Positions 38,401-54,019 of a stretch of DNA of 64,000 nucleotides are shown piece after piece. This DNA is from Intoshia linei. Lineage: Eukaryota > Animalia > Orthonectida. The position numbers and the translations under genes were made by a program. A model generated the notes under the pieces. That model searched no databases, had not been told where the DNA came from, and saw only the letters and a program-made list of their open reading frames with translations. Where the stretch lies: the NCBI GenBank assembly GCA_001642005.1, contig LWCA01000050.1, positions 1 through 64,000 of the forward strand. The letters are read 5' to 3'. Each line of letters opens with the position of its first letter. Positions within the stretch are counted from its first letter, which is position 1.

Positions 38401-41400
38401 TCATTTAATAACTCTGTTCCAATTTGATTTTCTTTATTTAAATTTTCTTCATTTAATTGTTCTACATCATCAACCGATTCTGCATCTAGTCCACTAACTG
38501 AATCTTGACAATCATCTGATATATTATGGAGAGAATCAGCTATTAAATCTGAATCATTTTCATCATTCGACATTGGTTCAGACTCTGAATTTGATTCCAT
38601 ATTATTTTCAGAAACATTTTTAACATCATTTTCACTGTCTTTGCCATCATTATCATGGAAGGAATCAAAAGAATCTATCGATTCATTTTCTTCTTCATCA
38701 TGTGGTTTTTTGTTTTGATTAGATTTATTTTTCAACTCTTTTTCGGTTTCTGCTGCTTCCACATCGTCAAATTCGTCAGCCGTATCATCATAACCCTCAC
38801 TACCGTCACTGACATTTTCAAAATCAGATGCTGTATGAGACCCTAAATCACCTATCGCATCATCCAAGTCATCCTTATCAATCTCGTTTTCATCAGAACC
38901 ATCATCACTACTCGATCCAGATCCAGCATCACTGCAACCATTAAAATCATCAGTCATTTCTACCGCATCATCTTCACCTTTAGTTTCTGCCTCATCATCC
39001 GATTTATCATCTCCCTCCAATCCCTCCAATTGATCCTGAGTTTCAATTTGATCAGTGACATCACGTTCATCACCTTCACCTGCCGCGGAATCGAGTCCCA
39101 TTCCAGATTCAATAACTTGATTTTCTTCGTCATTTTCTTCCTCCAAATCAATTTGTTCAGGTAACTGAAGACCGTCAATATAAAGCTTATAAAGAGTGTT
39201 GATGGTTTTATAATACAAATACATTCTATTTTCAGCAATTTTAAACAATGCGTCATTTAATAAGTGATATAAAGAAAGATAATCCTTTAGAATGTTATTT
39301 AAAAACATGATTTTGCTTAAATTTTTGCAATAATTGGATTTTAAAAATTGTGAATACTGCGAAATTTTAACCAAAATTGTTAATTTTTTTAAAATTTTAT
39401 TTTTATCGTCTAAAACGAGGCATTTAAATATTTTCTTGTACGACTGAATAATTTTAAATTCATCATTTTCTAAGGCAATCAAATTGGGTAAAACACTATT
39501 ATAAACTTTTCCAACATTATAAATAATGGAAATTAATTCTTTAGCCAAAGAATCGATAAATCTATCAAATTTAGAATAATCAAACACTAAACTCTCCACA
39601 GTAAATTTAGTTTGATCAAAATTCACATTTTTAATTTTATCCAAAATATTATCTATCTCTAAATGAAAAGGTTTTCCAATAAAAAAATGTTGCAATTTTT
39701 CCAAACTGGGTAAAATATTAAAAATTTTACGTTTCACATCATCAACAAATTTTATAGTCTTTTTAACAGACACTGTATAAACATTTTCGATATTGTAACT
39801 TATTAAAGGCAAAATGTCAATTTCGTCCAAAATTTTGTCTATAATACCAGAAATTGAATTGTAAAATTCTAAAAAGTTCCGATTCTTTAATAAATTGAAA
39901 TAAAATTTGATTTGATTGAAAAAACATGTAATATCATGAATAGTATTTTTAAAATTGTTTAAATAATAACATAAAGAGGTAATTAGTTTAGTTGAATCAA
40001 AATCAATATTCTCGGTGGACTGATTATACCGCAAAACTGTTATACTATTAAATAATTTTTTTAAAAGTAAATCATACTTGTGTCTGTTATTACTAAATTT
40101 GACAAAAATACTTTTCCAAAATGAAGAAGCATGAATACATACATTTGATAATCCATTTAAAATTAAAACATAGCAATGCACACTTTGGTGGCATTTTCCA
40201 AGAGTCATTTCCTTGTAAATGTAGATAATATTATAAAAATACTTTTCCAATAAATCACCAGGATACATTTTACCAATATCAAAGTTTTTAAAGCATTTTG
40301 TACTAAAAGCTGAATTTAATAATTTTGAAGTGTCAAATAAATTTCCTTTTTTATAAAACACCCCAATACTTTTAAATTGATTAAAAATAGATTTAATAAT
40401 CAAATGTTTGAATTGACCGAGTTGTTTAATGTTACTATTATATACTTTTTTTTCGGCTCGCACAGATTTTTCCATTGTTGTGTCATTTTGGTTTTCCTTA
40501 TCAACGCATTCATCACGTTTTATTGGTTTTGGTTGAATCGAAATTTTTTTATCAAATTGTTTAATTTCTTCAATAACATAAGAACAATCAAGATTTAAAA
40601 CAACTTTTAAATTGAATTTTGAAATTTTTTGTAAAATTTTAAAATACCGAACATTTGAATTTTCAGAATCGACTAATAAATTCAATTTAATTGAATTGTT
40701 TTTTTCATCAACCAGAGAAATTTTACGCAAATAACCAGAAATTGGTTCCATTTTAATAGCCATATACTGTCGAACATATTTAGCCAAAGTAGAATGAATT
40801 TTTCGATAATTTTGTTTAATTGCCCAATAATTAACATCTTTTTTAACTGATTGAATTTTAATAAAATCTAAAAATTGACTCAAAATTGGTTTCAATCTAA
40901 CATTCATTAATTTTTCCAAGTTTGGATATATAATACCATCAAAATACTTGTAAATATTAATAACCACAATTAAACCAGAATTTGGTCGAATAAAACTAGA
41001 TAAATATTCAAATAATTTTAAAATTCTCGAAATCAAAGATAATCGAATTTTCAGTTGAATCATGTTTGTTTGATACAAAAAATTAAAAATAGAAACAATA
41101 AATTCATCAAGATTAATTTCCAAAGTCAACAAATCAATAATATAAAAAAACCATTTATATTCCTTTTGTTCAATTTTAGATTCAGCAATATCCAACAAAT
41201 TTTTCCAATACACCATTTCCATTTTATGCAATTCAAGTAAAACATTGGCTAAATTTGAATAATATTCTCTCAAACTAGCTTCTTTACAAGCTACAATTTC
41301 CCACTGTTCAATTTTCAACAATAGAATATCCAAAGCAGATACAAATTTCATCAAAGGAAAATTTACATCAAAAGACATAATTTTATTGGAAATTTTTAAA

Positions 41401-44400
41401 ATATCCACCAAAATTTGATTATCTGGCCACATTTCAATTAAATTATCGACAAAAATTTTCACTTTCGATACCAAACTTTTGACTCTGATAGATTCTTTTG
41501 GACACGGATCATGAAAAATGTTAAAAACAACGTTTTTAAAATAAATGCTAGAATTGTTCAAATAATCCATACAATGAAATTTAATATATCCAAACGATCC
41601 ATCATCCTTGATTAAATTTGCATTGTACATTTTTTTAGTAACACTATATATATTTTTACAAAAACTAGCAAAACTCGATGAAAAATCATAATATTGGCGT
41701 AATTTACAATTATCAAAATACCCATCAATATTTTTTAAAAACGAAAACGAAAATTGATTCAATAGTTGAATATTACCATCAATAGTTTTCCCAGAGGTTT
41801 TATCGTCATTTCTAAAATTTTCATATTCAGCCAAATCTGAAAAATCATCAAAATATGTTGGAAACCAATTTCTTAAAATGTCAGATTCAATTTCATTATC
41901 CGTTTTAAATTGTTCATTAATATCCTCGTCCTTATATGCATACATTGAATCTTTAGCAATAGATAAATTTTGATAATTTAAGTTTAAACATTTCCAATAA
42001 TGTAAAATGAAATTAAAAATTTCATATAGACCCTTTTTGTCTAATAAATTTGAATATAGGGTTGAATAAAAAAAATGATAAACCATTAAAATTTGATATT
42101 TTTGAAATGTATCATATTTTTGATTGTTAAATTGTGAAAACGATTGCAAGATATTTTTTAAATTTATGACGTTTAAAATAACTGGGAAATTTAAAGATAA
42201 TTTTAGCAAGAGATTTTTTTTTTTTTTCAGGTTTTTTTGAATATTTAAAATAGAATTTTGCGTTTTTGAAATCATTTCCAAATCAAAATAAATTTTAGTA
42301 AACATTACAGACAAAAGAACCAAAGATTGATAAAATTCAACAATAACATCAGCAAACTCCAAAAAATTGCATTTCAAATGATAGACAAAATTATTTAGAG
42401 ATTTCGTAAAATTTAAAATTTTACTGGATAAAGTAACATTTAAAACCATTTCAACATTTCCACAATAATTAAATTGATAATATTCCAACAATAAAATAAG
42501 AATTGAAGGTTTAAAAAAATTTTGCATAAAATTTTCAACATATTTTTGTAAATTTTTAAATTTGTCTCTAGAATCAAAAGATCGGTAGGGTAAAACTTTT
42601 TTTTTTACTTTTTTTTCAGATTTCAAAATTAAATTTGATAAAATATTTTGATATAAATCTTGATCCAAAGAATTTGCAAAAGTATCCCGATACAAGGAAT
42701 AAACTGATTCTCTAGATTTTAAATTATTCAATAAACTTTCCATACATGTCCATTTCCCCAAAACCCACAAAACCGGGTCAATCTGAAAACCAACAAGTGT
42801 AGTCAATATAACAATTACATTTAAAATAAAAAAATTTATAAATTTTTCAGATTCATTAGACTTGTCATTAAACTGTTTAATTTTCTCCAAAAATTGTTCA
42901 ATACCAATCCACCATTCATTATTATCATTAAAATTAAATATTTTATAAAACATGATAATATTTGTAATCAAGGAAAAATCACAATTCCAATTAAATTGCA
43001 CTTTTCTGGCCAATTTATAATAAACATTATTTAAAAATTTTTCAATTCTCGGCGTATACACTTGAACAATACCATTCAAACAATAAATTGGTTTTTCAAA
43101 ATTGACAATATTTTGAATTAAAAGGTCTAGACATTTTTCAGATAATTGATATTTAAAAAAACCACAATTTGGACTTTTTACAAGACAATTTATTAAATTT
43201 TCGCGATAATCAGTTGAACTAGTCAAAAAATATGATAAATACCATAGACTTTGAATGTTTACCAACGTAAACTCACTTGATTGAATCACAATCTTTTTTA
43301 ATAAATACAATATATCCGTAGGTACATTACTACATGCCAAATTTTTCAAAGTTTGCAAATCATATTTATCAGATAACAATAAATGCCAAAAACATGTAAT
43401 AGTATACATAATGTTGTCAGATTTATCAATTTTTTCTTGATACAAAAAACTAGTTTCGTCCATCAATTTCACTGGGTCGTTGGCTACTGAATCTGCATTT
43501 TTTATGCATAATCTTGTGTTGATATTATCGGTAAATTCCTCTTGTGTGTAATGAATATCCAAAATAACATTAGTATACGACTTCCACATTTCAAATACAC
43601 TTAAACAATTACATGCTGTAATGTTTAAAAATTTAACATGATCAACTTGATCAATTTTAAAAAATTTGTACAATTTTTGCCACATGTATAAAATTGATTC
43701 GGTATCATCATTTTGATCATTTTGAAAATTTTTTAAATTAATAATATTCATATAATTTAAGAAAATTTCAAAATTTTGAATCATTCTGAAAATGTCAATT
43801 TTTTCGTTTGATAATATTGATCGCCAATTAAAATTAAATAAATCATTAGAATTTGTAATATTGACATGAATTAAATTAACATATGATGCATAAATATCAA
43901 AAAATTTATAAGGTACATTGATTGAACATTTTAGTGTTTCAGTTTCCGTTCTAAGCATAATTTCAGTTTTATGAAAATTTTCAAAACATTTCAACCATTT
44001 CGGATTCAAATTTTGCAAAATAAACAACAATGCATCAGATTTTTTCAAAAGTTTACAAAAAAAAATAAAATGAGATAATATTTGAGAATCCAATTCAATA
44101 CCATCCTTAAAATTAACGGCCAACACCATTTGGGTATTCAAATTTGACAATTCAAATTTGTTTAAAAATTGTTTAAACATAACGTAATCAACAAAATGAG
44201 ACTTTGGTGGAACATTGAAATAAATTTCAATACACCTGTTTCGCATAGCTCTAGAAACAAAGCCGAATTTTAAATTCATTGTAGCCATTATTCGAAAATC
44301 TTTGTGAGGTTTTAAAATGTGTTCATCCTTAGCATGACTTTCAGTCATACTCATTACACCATTAAATTCCAACAACCCATTTAATCTATCAAGAATAGCA

Positions 44401-47400
44401 CTACTGGCGCAATTTATATTTTCCACGACAATCCATTTTCCATAGCGTATAGCATTGATTAATACACTTTCGATCCATTCAAACGAATTTACACAAGAAA
44501 CAATGATTGAATTTTTTTTAAATTTTTCGATAGAAATTGTAAAACGTTGAGAATCAACATTATTTTTCTGAAAAAGCTTATCCAAAATATCCAAATCCGT
44601 TTTTACATTAAGATAATTTTGAAAATTTTTTTTATATTCGAAGATAAAACCTTCCAAATCATACAAAAAGTTGACAAATTGCGCAAAAATATCAAAATTT
44701 TGAAAAATTTCATTAAACAATTGACTTTTAATATCATTCAAAAGAAGCAGAAAATTATTTGAAATTTTTTTGAAATTTTTCACTGAAGTTTGTTCAAAAG
44801 AACCCATCAAATCAATAGTATCCATTGAAGGTGACACACCCAAAACTTTGAGATTATTCATTGTAAAATGAGATAAAAATTGGAAAGCCAAAAGAGGATC
44901 TACACCAGATTCAGATTCATAAATCAAAATTGGCATCCATTTCTTTTCCAAGCAAGTTAAAATTTTTTCAAAATTATGCAAAAATTGTGGATGAATTTCT
45001 TTTTTTAAAAGATGATGTGTTAATTTAGCATCCACGTCAACATTACCATTAACCGGGAATATTGCACTACCCACTTTTAAATAATCATTGGATAAATCAA
45101 TAGAAATGACACTGTCCTTTTCAACTGCAAATACATTTAAATCGGTAAAGTTTTTATAATTAAAACTTTGACCAACTTTAGAAGAATACAGCAATTCAAT
45201 AAAAACTCCTGGATTTAAACTTTTATCATTCACCAAAGTACACCAACGAAACAAATCTCGTAAATTACAATCGATAGTTAAATTAAATTTTTTTACAATT
45301 ATTGAAAAATTGAAATTAAACTGAACCATTTTTTTAATCATCTTTTTATCAACATTTCTAAAACTATCAAATAAAATGTACTCGTAATCATCATTCGTTA
45401 AACTCGTCATATAAACAGACATGAAGCGATTTTTAAAAGATTTTGGCAGCCCCTTTCGACCATCTCCACATTTTTGAGGATTTTGACATGCAAAAATAAA
45501 AGTTTTGGTTCTATCCAATACAAAACTTTTATCAATCTCTGGAATATAAACACAACCTCGATGATCCAAACAAGCATTCAAACTTTCCAAAACGGCTTGA
45601 GAAGCTAAATTCATTTCGTCCAAAATAATCCAATGTCCTTTTCGTAGAGCAGAAATAAATGGACCGTCTTTCCAAATAAATACGTTTGATTTTTCATCTG
45701 CACAATTGGGGACATATGTACCAAATAAATCAGATACATCGGTTTGGTCACTCAAATTTATACGAACAATTTCATTACCAGAGGATTGCGCGAGAGCCAT
45801 AATGGTACTAGTCTTACCTACACCTGGTTCACCTTCCAATAAAAGTGCATTTGTTTCAGAAAAACTCATTGCTCGAATAATTCGACCAAGGTTTTCACAA
45901 GTGGTAGGTGATTCAAAAACAAAACAATTTTCTTTAATGATAGTTGCATCAATATAAAATGGATCTACTCCAAATTTTCCATCAATTTTAACAACATTTT
46001 TTTTAAATTTCACAATTTTATCTACTGAAAAATTGTACTTTTTAAATAATTGCTGTAATTTTAAATCTAATGAATTTTGAATTTTTTTATCGTCAATTTT
46101 ATCAATCATGGTAGCATGTAAGGAATGGTAAATTGCTGTTTGAATGTTAAATTTATTTTTATTTATAAATTTTGCAATTTTTTTTAAATCACGGGTAGAA
46201 ATTTTACATGTATTGAATTGAATTAGCCATATAATAAATTGAGTCAAAATTTTTATAATACAGACGTTTTTGTTTGACAAAATTCCTTTAAATATTGACT
46301 CAATTTCAGTTTCATTCATTTCTGCATAACACCAACATTCCGTGAAACGATTTCTAAGTGCACTCGACAGTTCCTTTTTACCATAATCACCGGATGGATT
46401 CATAGTAGCAATTAAATTGAATTCTTTATGAGCATTTATTATACAATTTGTTGAAGATTTTTCAGAATTTTCAGGTTTTTCCGGAATAGTTAAAATTTTT
46501 TCACGTTCAATGACTGAATTTAATCTTTCCAAGACTGAATCATCGGTTAACGAAATTTCATCAATCAAGAAATAATTTCCACTTTTCATGGCTTTAACTA
46601 ATGGACCATCCACCCATACAAAAACCTTTTTATCACAATTTTTATTTGGTCTAATTGACCCAATAAAATCACTAGCTTCAGTATTCATGTGACAATTTAC
46701 AGTAAACAATTGCTTCTTATAAATTTCGGTAAAAATTTGAACTATTGTTGTTTTTCCACATCCAGTTTCACCCACCAATAAAACTGGTTCATTGAACTTA
46801 ATTGCTAGACCCACTAAAATTAACATTCTCGTATATGACTCTGTTGGAACGATGCTTTTATCAGTTTTGAAATAATTTTGAATTTGTTCAAAAATTGGTT
46901 TAACAACCAAAGACGTGTTTTTATTAAATTTAAAAAGTCTATCATTGTCAATTTTTACATTAAAAATTTTTTCAATAATTTTTTTCACAGCACAAGTCTC
47001 CGATAATCTTCTTAATCGACCCGATAACAACAAATATCCATATTCAGCCAACATTAAATCCCAATCATACATAAACTCTTCAGCGTTATTCCTTGTACAA
47101 ACAAAACGATTGGACCATCGAAATAAATCACGAAGTGTCATATAACCCTGCTTCCCGACAAAAACATTTGATGATTTACGAATAGTTTGTAATTCCATCA
47201 TAACTTTGACCATTTTTTTAGCTTGAGTTTGAGGTACATGACAACTTTGAACCAAAATTTGCGTCAATTCTTTTGAAACAATATCAAAAAATTGGAGTTC
47301 TATAAATCTGTTACGAAACGCACGCGATAATGCCTTTCTTCCACCATACAAACCGCTGGGATTTTGAGTAGCAAATAACATGAATGCTGGGTGAGCTTTA

Positions 47401-50400
47401 ATTGTCGTTTGAGTTTCAGGGATATAAATTTCACGATTATCGTCCAAAACTCGATTTAGCGATTCAAGAATTTCAGTTTGAGCAAGATTAATTTCATCTA
47501 AAATGATCCAATTTCCGTTAATCATTGCATCAACCAGAGGACCGTATTTAAAACTCAATTGTCCATTTTCACCTGAAATGTAGGATCCTATCAACATTTG
47601 TCTATCAGTATGATCATGTAAATTTATTCTAAAGCATTTTTGACCAACGCACCTGGATAACCATTTAATCATACTAGTTTTACCTACAGATGTATCTCCT
47701 TCAATTAAAACGGCACTATTTTGCAAAGAAATTATTCTGGCCAATCGTTTTAAATTATACTTTACGGAATCAGTTAAAATGTATAAAGGATTCGTGTACG
47801 GTTCTGCATTACCAATCAACAACCAATATCCATACACCATGTAATATTTTGAACCGGGAGAAGGTATTTTGTAAGAATCAATAATTTTTAATTCTTTACC
47901 AGTAAAAAGACTCTTTTTGATTAAATCTTCAAGTAAATTCAGAGAATATGAATTTAGTTTAGTTAAAAAGTTTAATTTGAAAGCTTCGTACAGAGAAACA
48001 AGTGAATTTTGACAAGAATTTTTAAGGGCAATTTTTAAAGACCTACACAATGTTCGAAGAGAAAAATGATGAATTTTCCCATAACAATCCAAAATTTGAC
48101 CAGACTGACTCATTTCTAAAAGTTTTTGATACAATTTTACAATTTTATTGATGTGGTCCCTGGAAATTGATTGTAAATTTTTTAAATAAAAACTAATCAA
48201 AATATCAAGATCGGATGTTGAAATATTTGAAGAAATGTAAAATTCTGTAAATCGTTGTCTAACATTTTCAGGTAAATCCTTCTTACCTACATCTGTTGAT
48301 GGATTCATACAAGCAAATATACGAAAATTTTCATTTCTAGAATAATTATCATTAGGACAATTCAGGATGCTTAAATTATCAGAATTTTCCAAAATTTGAC
48401 ATAGACTGTATAACGTTTCAGTGGACGCTAAATTAATTTCGTCCAACAAAACCCATGCACCTTCTTTATACGCTTTTAGAAAAAGTCCTTCCATAAATTC
48501 AAAATACGTCTCAGATTTCCATTTCTCTAAATTTTTTATAGTAAAAATGATTTGAGAATAAAGTGACGTCCAAATTTTTTTTTCAGAATCACTAGTCTTA
48601 TTTTTAAACAACTTTGAACTTTGACTCATAGTTTTGAGTAAAGATATCCAATCACGTTTAACCCATAATTTAATTAGATTTTTAATAAACTCTTTATTTT
48701 TTGAAACCTTACAAGATGAAACAAATGCTTTTTCAAATTTCTCTTTTAAAGGAGATATAAATTTTTTAATATCAATAGGATAATAACCACCGAATAAATC
48801 TACACTGTCACTTTCTTGGTTCATGTTTATAATGTAAAGCTTTTTGTTGTGCAATTGCGAATAATATTGAACAATAGATGTTTTTCCTATTCCAGTTTCT
48901 CCAACTAAAAGTACATTTTCTCGGTTTTCAATTGATAAGGATAACGACTCTAATAACCGTGAAGCTTGTTGAGTTAGAGCAAAATTATCTGTTGGAGTAG
49001 AACAATTTGTGTGCACATTATTAGAAATACCAATGGAAAACACTTTTTTCGTCATTTTGAGGACCGGGCGCCGTTTTTCTAGAATATCCATCATTTCTTT
49101 TTCACCAATATTTAAATTTGTTGCTAAAAGATCAGCCAATTTTCTGGATAAAGTAGCATCTCTGTAATTGACACAAAAACAATCATATGCATTTATGAAT
49201 AATACTAAATTTGATAATTTTTTTCGGCTAGCAAAATTATTCATTCTATTTACAAATTTGAATATTTTGTTCAAATTTTCAGTCAAATTCAAAGTTTTAA
49301 TGAAATTTACATAAATTTCCCATAAAATGAACACAGTGTCAATATCTGGATACGACAAATTTTTATACTTTTTTTTTATTATTTTATCAACATTTTCCAA
49401 ACTCAAGTTTTGAAAATAAAATACATCAAAGTAATTTTTAAGGTATTCAAAATAAAATTTTGCACATTCATCGTTTTTTTTTGTATCTGTAGCCACAAAT
49501 AAAAAATTTGCATGTACTACAAAATTTTCACATTTATTTGATATAAAATCAATAGAATTTGTTCGTAATAGTTGAACCAACATTGTATAAAATTCATTAG
49601 GTGCGTTTGACATGTTTCTAATCAAAATCCATTCTCCTTTTTTCATAGCCTTGACAATAGGCCCATCAGTCCATAAAAATTGTCCAGGTATAGTGGAACA
49701 ATAATGAAAACCAAATAAAGACTAAATTATAATCCTTTACTTTAATAAAATTGAATGTCTGTGTGTGTCTGTGTTACCGTACATTTAAAAAAATTTCTAA
49801 CATAGTTTTCTGCAGGGGATGTTGATATCGAATTTGAGTCCTTCAAAATCAAACCAAAAATTTAATAAAACATAAATTCTGAGACGCGTTTTAAAATCAT
49901 AAACATTATCGTAAATTTCAGCCTCAAAAACGCACACCTTCATAGTCAAAACTACAAATTACCCTTTGTATAAAAATGAACATAATTTAAAATTTTATAA
50001 AACATAAATTATTGGATAGTTTTTAAAATCATAACCACTATCATAAATAGCGACATAAAAAAATGCATTTTTGCGATCAAAACCACTTTTTTAAAAAATT
50101 AATTTAAGATAGTTGTAAATATTAAAAAAAATTACAGTTGATACAGCTACCAATTAAAACACAAAAAATTTCAATCTGACAAAGCGACACCTAGGGATTG
50201 AAACCAAGTTCACTTGTAAAATGTGAGTCGACTTGCATCGATTTTAATTTATTATGAATTTATTTACATTACACGATTTATATAATTTATTTACACCACA
50301 CCATTTATGTAAAATCGCAAGCTCTAAAATACATACTGTAAATATAAGCGAATTTTAGAATAGAAAACATGAAAATACGGGAAAAATCAAAAAAGTAAAA

Positions 50401-52511
50401 TTAATTAATCCTGCATTTCTATTTAATTCAACTGTTAAATCGCAAAGTTAACCTAATTCATGACAGATGGAAATGTGATATCACAAAATTGAAGGTATCC
50501 GACTACAGAAAAAATAGGAAAATAAGAAAAGGTCATTGAATCTTTTGAAATTCAAGATATTTTATGGTATTTAAGATAGCGTAGAATATATAAATAAGAT
50601 GAGGACTGTAGCAAAACATGTAACGTTAATATTATTAGAACAAGGGTATATTTCAATATATTAGATTCGCGAGAACACAGAAAACAGAATTCGCGTCTAA
50701 TTTGAGAAAAATTCAAATAAAGTAAAATAGCTTAAGCATGGTTGTAAGATAGGCTCTTGTAGGATTACTGTTAGTTCGAAGTATTGTACCAATATTTTTT
50801 ATTAATACAACTTTACGAATTTAATGAAAAAATCCAAATCTACAACCCTTAAGAGAGAAATGCACTTTATCTAAAAATTTTTTGAAAATTGAGATTTTAA
50901 CAAACCATCCGAGAAAGCACTTCTTAATCTAATCCTAAAATAAAAGATTCAATCTTACCAACCCTTAAAGGAAAAATCACAGTTTTTACAATATTTTTTA
51001 CTTATCAAAAGCAAGTGCGCTTTAATTTAACAGCAAAATATATTGCTATTAATAGCATAAATTTTATAATTTTTACGATATCACTCAACTCTTATATTAT
51101 TTATCAAACCATAAACGATATTTTAATCACTTTTCTTAAAATTGATATACGTCATGTCCAATGTAAAATTTTTTCTACTTTTAATTCTAATTTTCATCAC
51201 CTATGTCTCATCTACATGGTAATAAATGACAATATAATAAAATTTTTCTGTAGAATTTAATTGAATCTTTCATTTTTTAGTCAAATGTTATAGACGTTTT
51301 CAATCGTTAAGACTGTTTTAATATATTTTATATTATTTTATATAAAAAACTAAAAAACTGAAATTAATATTAATTTTTTGAATTTTGGAGACTCTTGGTT
51401 TTTCATATAATCTATCAAAAAATCACACAAATATTACATTTTTTACAAATAATGATAATAAACAATTTTTATCATATTCCCTCTATTATCTAAATTAAAT
51501 ACCTTTACATCCATTTGCGGGTCACAGTATATTGTTACATATTTAATGCTCAAGAGCTTGGAAACTGATATGAGAAATGATAATTTTCCACAAGATTTTG
51601 GTCCAACAATCAAAGTAGATTTTCTATTCTTTTGATTATCCAAAAATCTATCATAAAAACATTTTGTTTCATTTAGCATTACAAAATCATCAGAGATTTC
51701 GTATTTCTAAACAAACTATTATTTAAAAAAATGAATACAACCTTTTCGCATAGACTTTCAACTAATTCACATTTTAAATGGGATTTCAAAGTATTGTATC
51801 TAATAAGAACTAAAAAAATTAATCAAAATTTTACTTGAATTGATAATTTTGCTCTTTTAAATCATAAATTTTTAAATAAAATTGAAAATATTTTGGATGC
51901 ATATTTGTCATGATTTGGTAAACTTTCAGTAATAACCTATTGACCATTAAAAATTCAACCAAGAAAAAAGTTACCATTTTGTGTCATTGTGAGATGTTTT
52001 GATTGCTTGAAAAAAACAATCAATTTCACACATTATTTCATTTATTTCACATCTATAATGTGAAAATAATGTATAAATAAAAAGTGCGTTATTTCTGTAA
52101 AACGAAGAAACATCAATCTACCAATACAATTATACAATATATTTTCACATTAAATGCATACAATTTTTTGGCGTTTTCGATGTTCAGAATTTCGCAATTT
52201 AGAATATTTGGTCCAAAACGTATTAAATAATTTCTTTACACATTTTATTATGTATCTAAAATCCAATTTTACGTATTTATAATTGCATTTACCTGTCACA
52301 ATTTGAATTTTTTAAAGATAGATATGCCAATTTTTTTAAATTTACTACAAAGTCATCTACAGACAATTTTTTTGTAATTGTAAAAAATATAATGTCAACG
52401 TTCCTTATTATGTCGATATTTTCATTCTTTGTTACTAAAAATTAGTTATTTTACACTATTTAGTATATTTGTTAAATTACTCATGTTATTCGTAAATGTA
52501 TTTTCGTTCAT
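35413..52511 (-). CDS. MDN1: Midasin (Rea1) AAA-ATPase; one 11,880-bp exon (49721-37842) plus small 5' and 3' exons (5' exons less certain)
   Basis: Tandem AAA modules (GETGIGKT, GDTSVGKT, GETGCGKT, GEPGVGKT with LDEIN/LDEMN), long linker, D/E-rich region, C-terminal MIDAS (AIDDSASM, IISDG). Confidence 0.95.
36450..37500 (+). mobile_element. Heavily decayed Tc1-like element in a midasin intron
   Basis: VILIDESKINLF, GKMDALKYINIL, IFQQ and PDFNPI motifs with stops and frameshifts. Confidence 0.65.
49733..50200 (+). mobile_element. 5' part of Helitron-like family in a midasin intron
   Basis: A|TCCTTTAC start, TGTCTGTGTGTGTCTGTGTTACCGT microsatellite and internal repeats shared with 12730-13200 and 54100-54720; related fragments at about 28830-29110 and 57380-57840. 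Confidence 0.65.
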
Positions 52512-54019
52512 TCTGATAAATTTGTCATTATGATATTTTAGAAATTAATTGTTACGAGGTCAAGTTTTACATTGTACAAGTAATTTTCACATAGAAAATA
52601 ATTGCAATATAATGACGGTTCATTTTTAAACTTAGTTAATATTTTTAAGTTAGTAATATTTTTGAAAAATTTTTTCAAAAGATAATAAAATGTAAGTTTA
52701 ATATTACATTCGAAATTATTTTCTGGTGTTTTTTCAATAAAAAAATTGTTAATCAGCCACCAATTAAAACTTAAGCCAACCTTGTTTATTCATAGAATTT
52801 ATTTTATTATTTTTTTGAAGTGTGTTGAAAAAACTTTAGTGTGCATTTTTCACACGAAAACACACATTTTTCGGAAAAAGTTGAGCATTAATCAAAAATA
52901 ACCATTACAAAAAAAATAATTAAATAAATTTTATTATATAAAAATTTGTGGAGATGACCGCCATTTTAAAAATTCCATACAAAAATGTTATACGAAAATT
53001 AAAACAAAAAATAACCCATACAGTTTATATTTTTATTGTTAATAATTACAAGGAACAGTAATGTGATTGTTGTTGTAGATTTCTATCAATTTTTGCTTGA
53101 TTTAAACAGGTACGATTGTATGAAAGAATTTTGGTTAGCAAAGGTGTTCATAATAGCTTCGTTTGAAAATTGGATCATATCCATTAATATCAATTGTGTG
53201 TATCTTACCATTAAAACATATAGTTGTATTATGAAAAGAATCATTAGTATTACAAATGCACAAATTATTTATACTTCTCTTGAAATTTATTCTGCAAATG
53301 TAGTCTAAATTTGAACATTGCTTCCTATTACTTTTTTTAATTTTTAATTCGGCATCATCAACTATACAAGGATCTTTCATTTTTTGGCTTGAATATATGA
53401 TTAGTTTATTTTCATTATTAATTTCATAATCTGAGGTTGTAATTTTACAACGTTTTGTGTATTTCGCTGAAAATATAAATGTGTATAATTTGTATTTGTT
53501 GCTATATATTGTAATTCCCCTACCATGTATTGAACGAACCTCTGAATTATATTATAATAGAGCTTTGATAAAGTTTGAATCTCGGTACACATGAAATGAT
53601 CTCATTCCATCAAATGATAACCACACAATTGTTTTACTAAATGCACAAAAATTGAGTTATTTGAAAATATATCTATTTTAACAGTCACTAAGGTATAAGT
53701 ATTTTTTTCAAATGGTTTTATCCAATGGGTCCCATCATAATTAATGTATAGATATGTATAATCTAAATTGTAGCTGGATAAAGTGATTTTGTTGTGAATA
53801 CGAAATACCACGAGTCCCAATTTTTTAAATTTTGAAAAATTTAAAATACAATTATTGTGTGTAAAGTTAAAATATTCAAAACTATCACCATTATTACGTG
53901 AGAATTCAACATGGCAATTATCAGAAATTTATATTATTGTATGATATTCAAATACATGATAATATATTTTATATGTTGTTTTGCTTTTTTTTAAAGTTTT
54001 ATATTCCACTTTTAAGTAA

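Noticed and set aside
38264-47884. Short antisense or alternative-frame ORFs within midasin (and within IMPDH, calponin and the hAT ORF)
   Set aside because: Shadow ORFs of real coding sequence with no recognisable motifs
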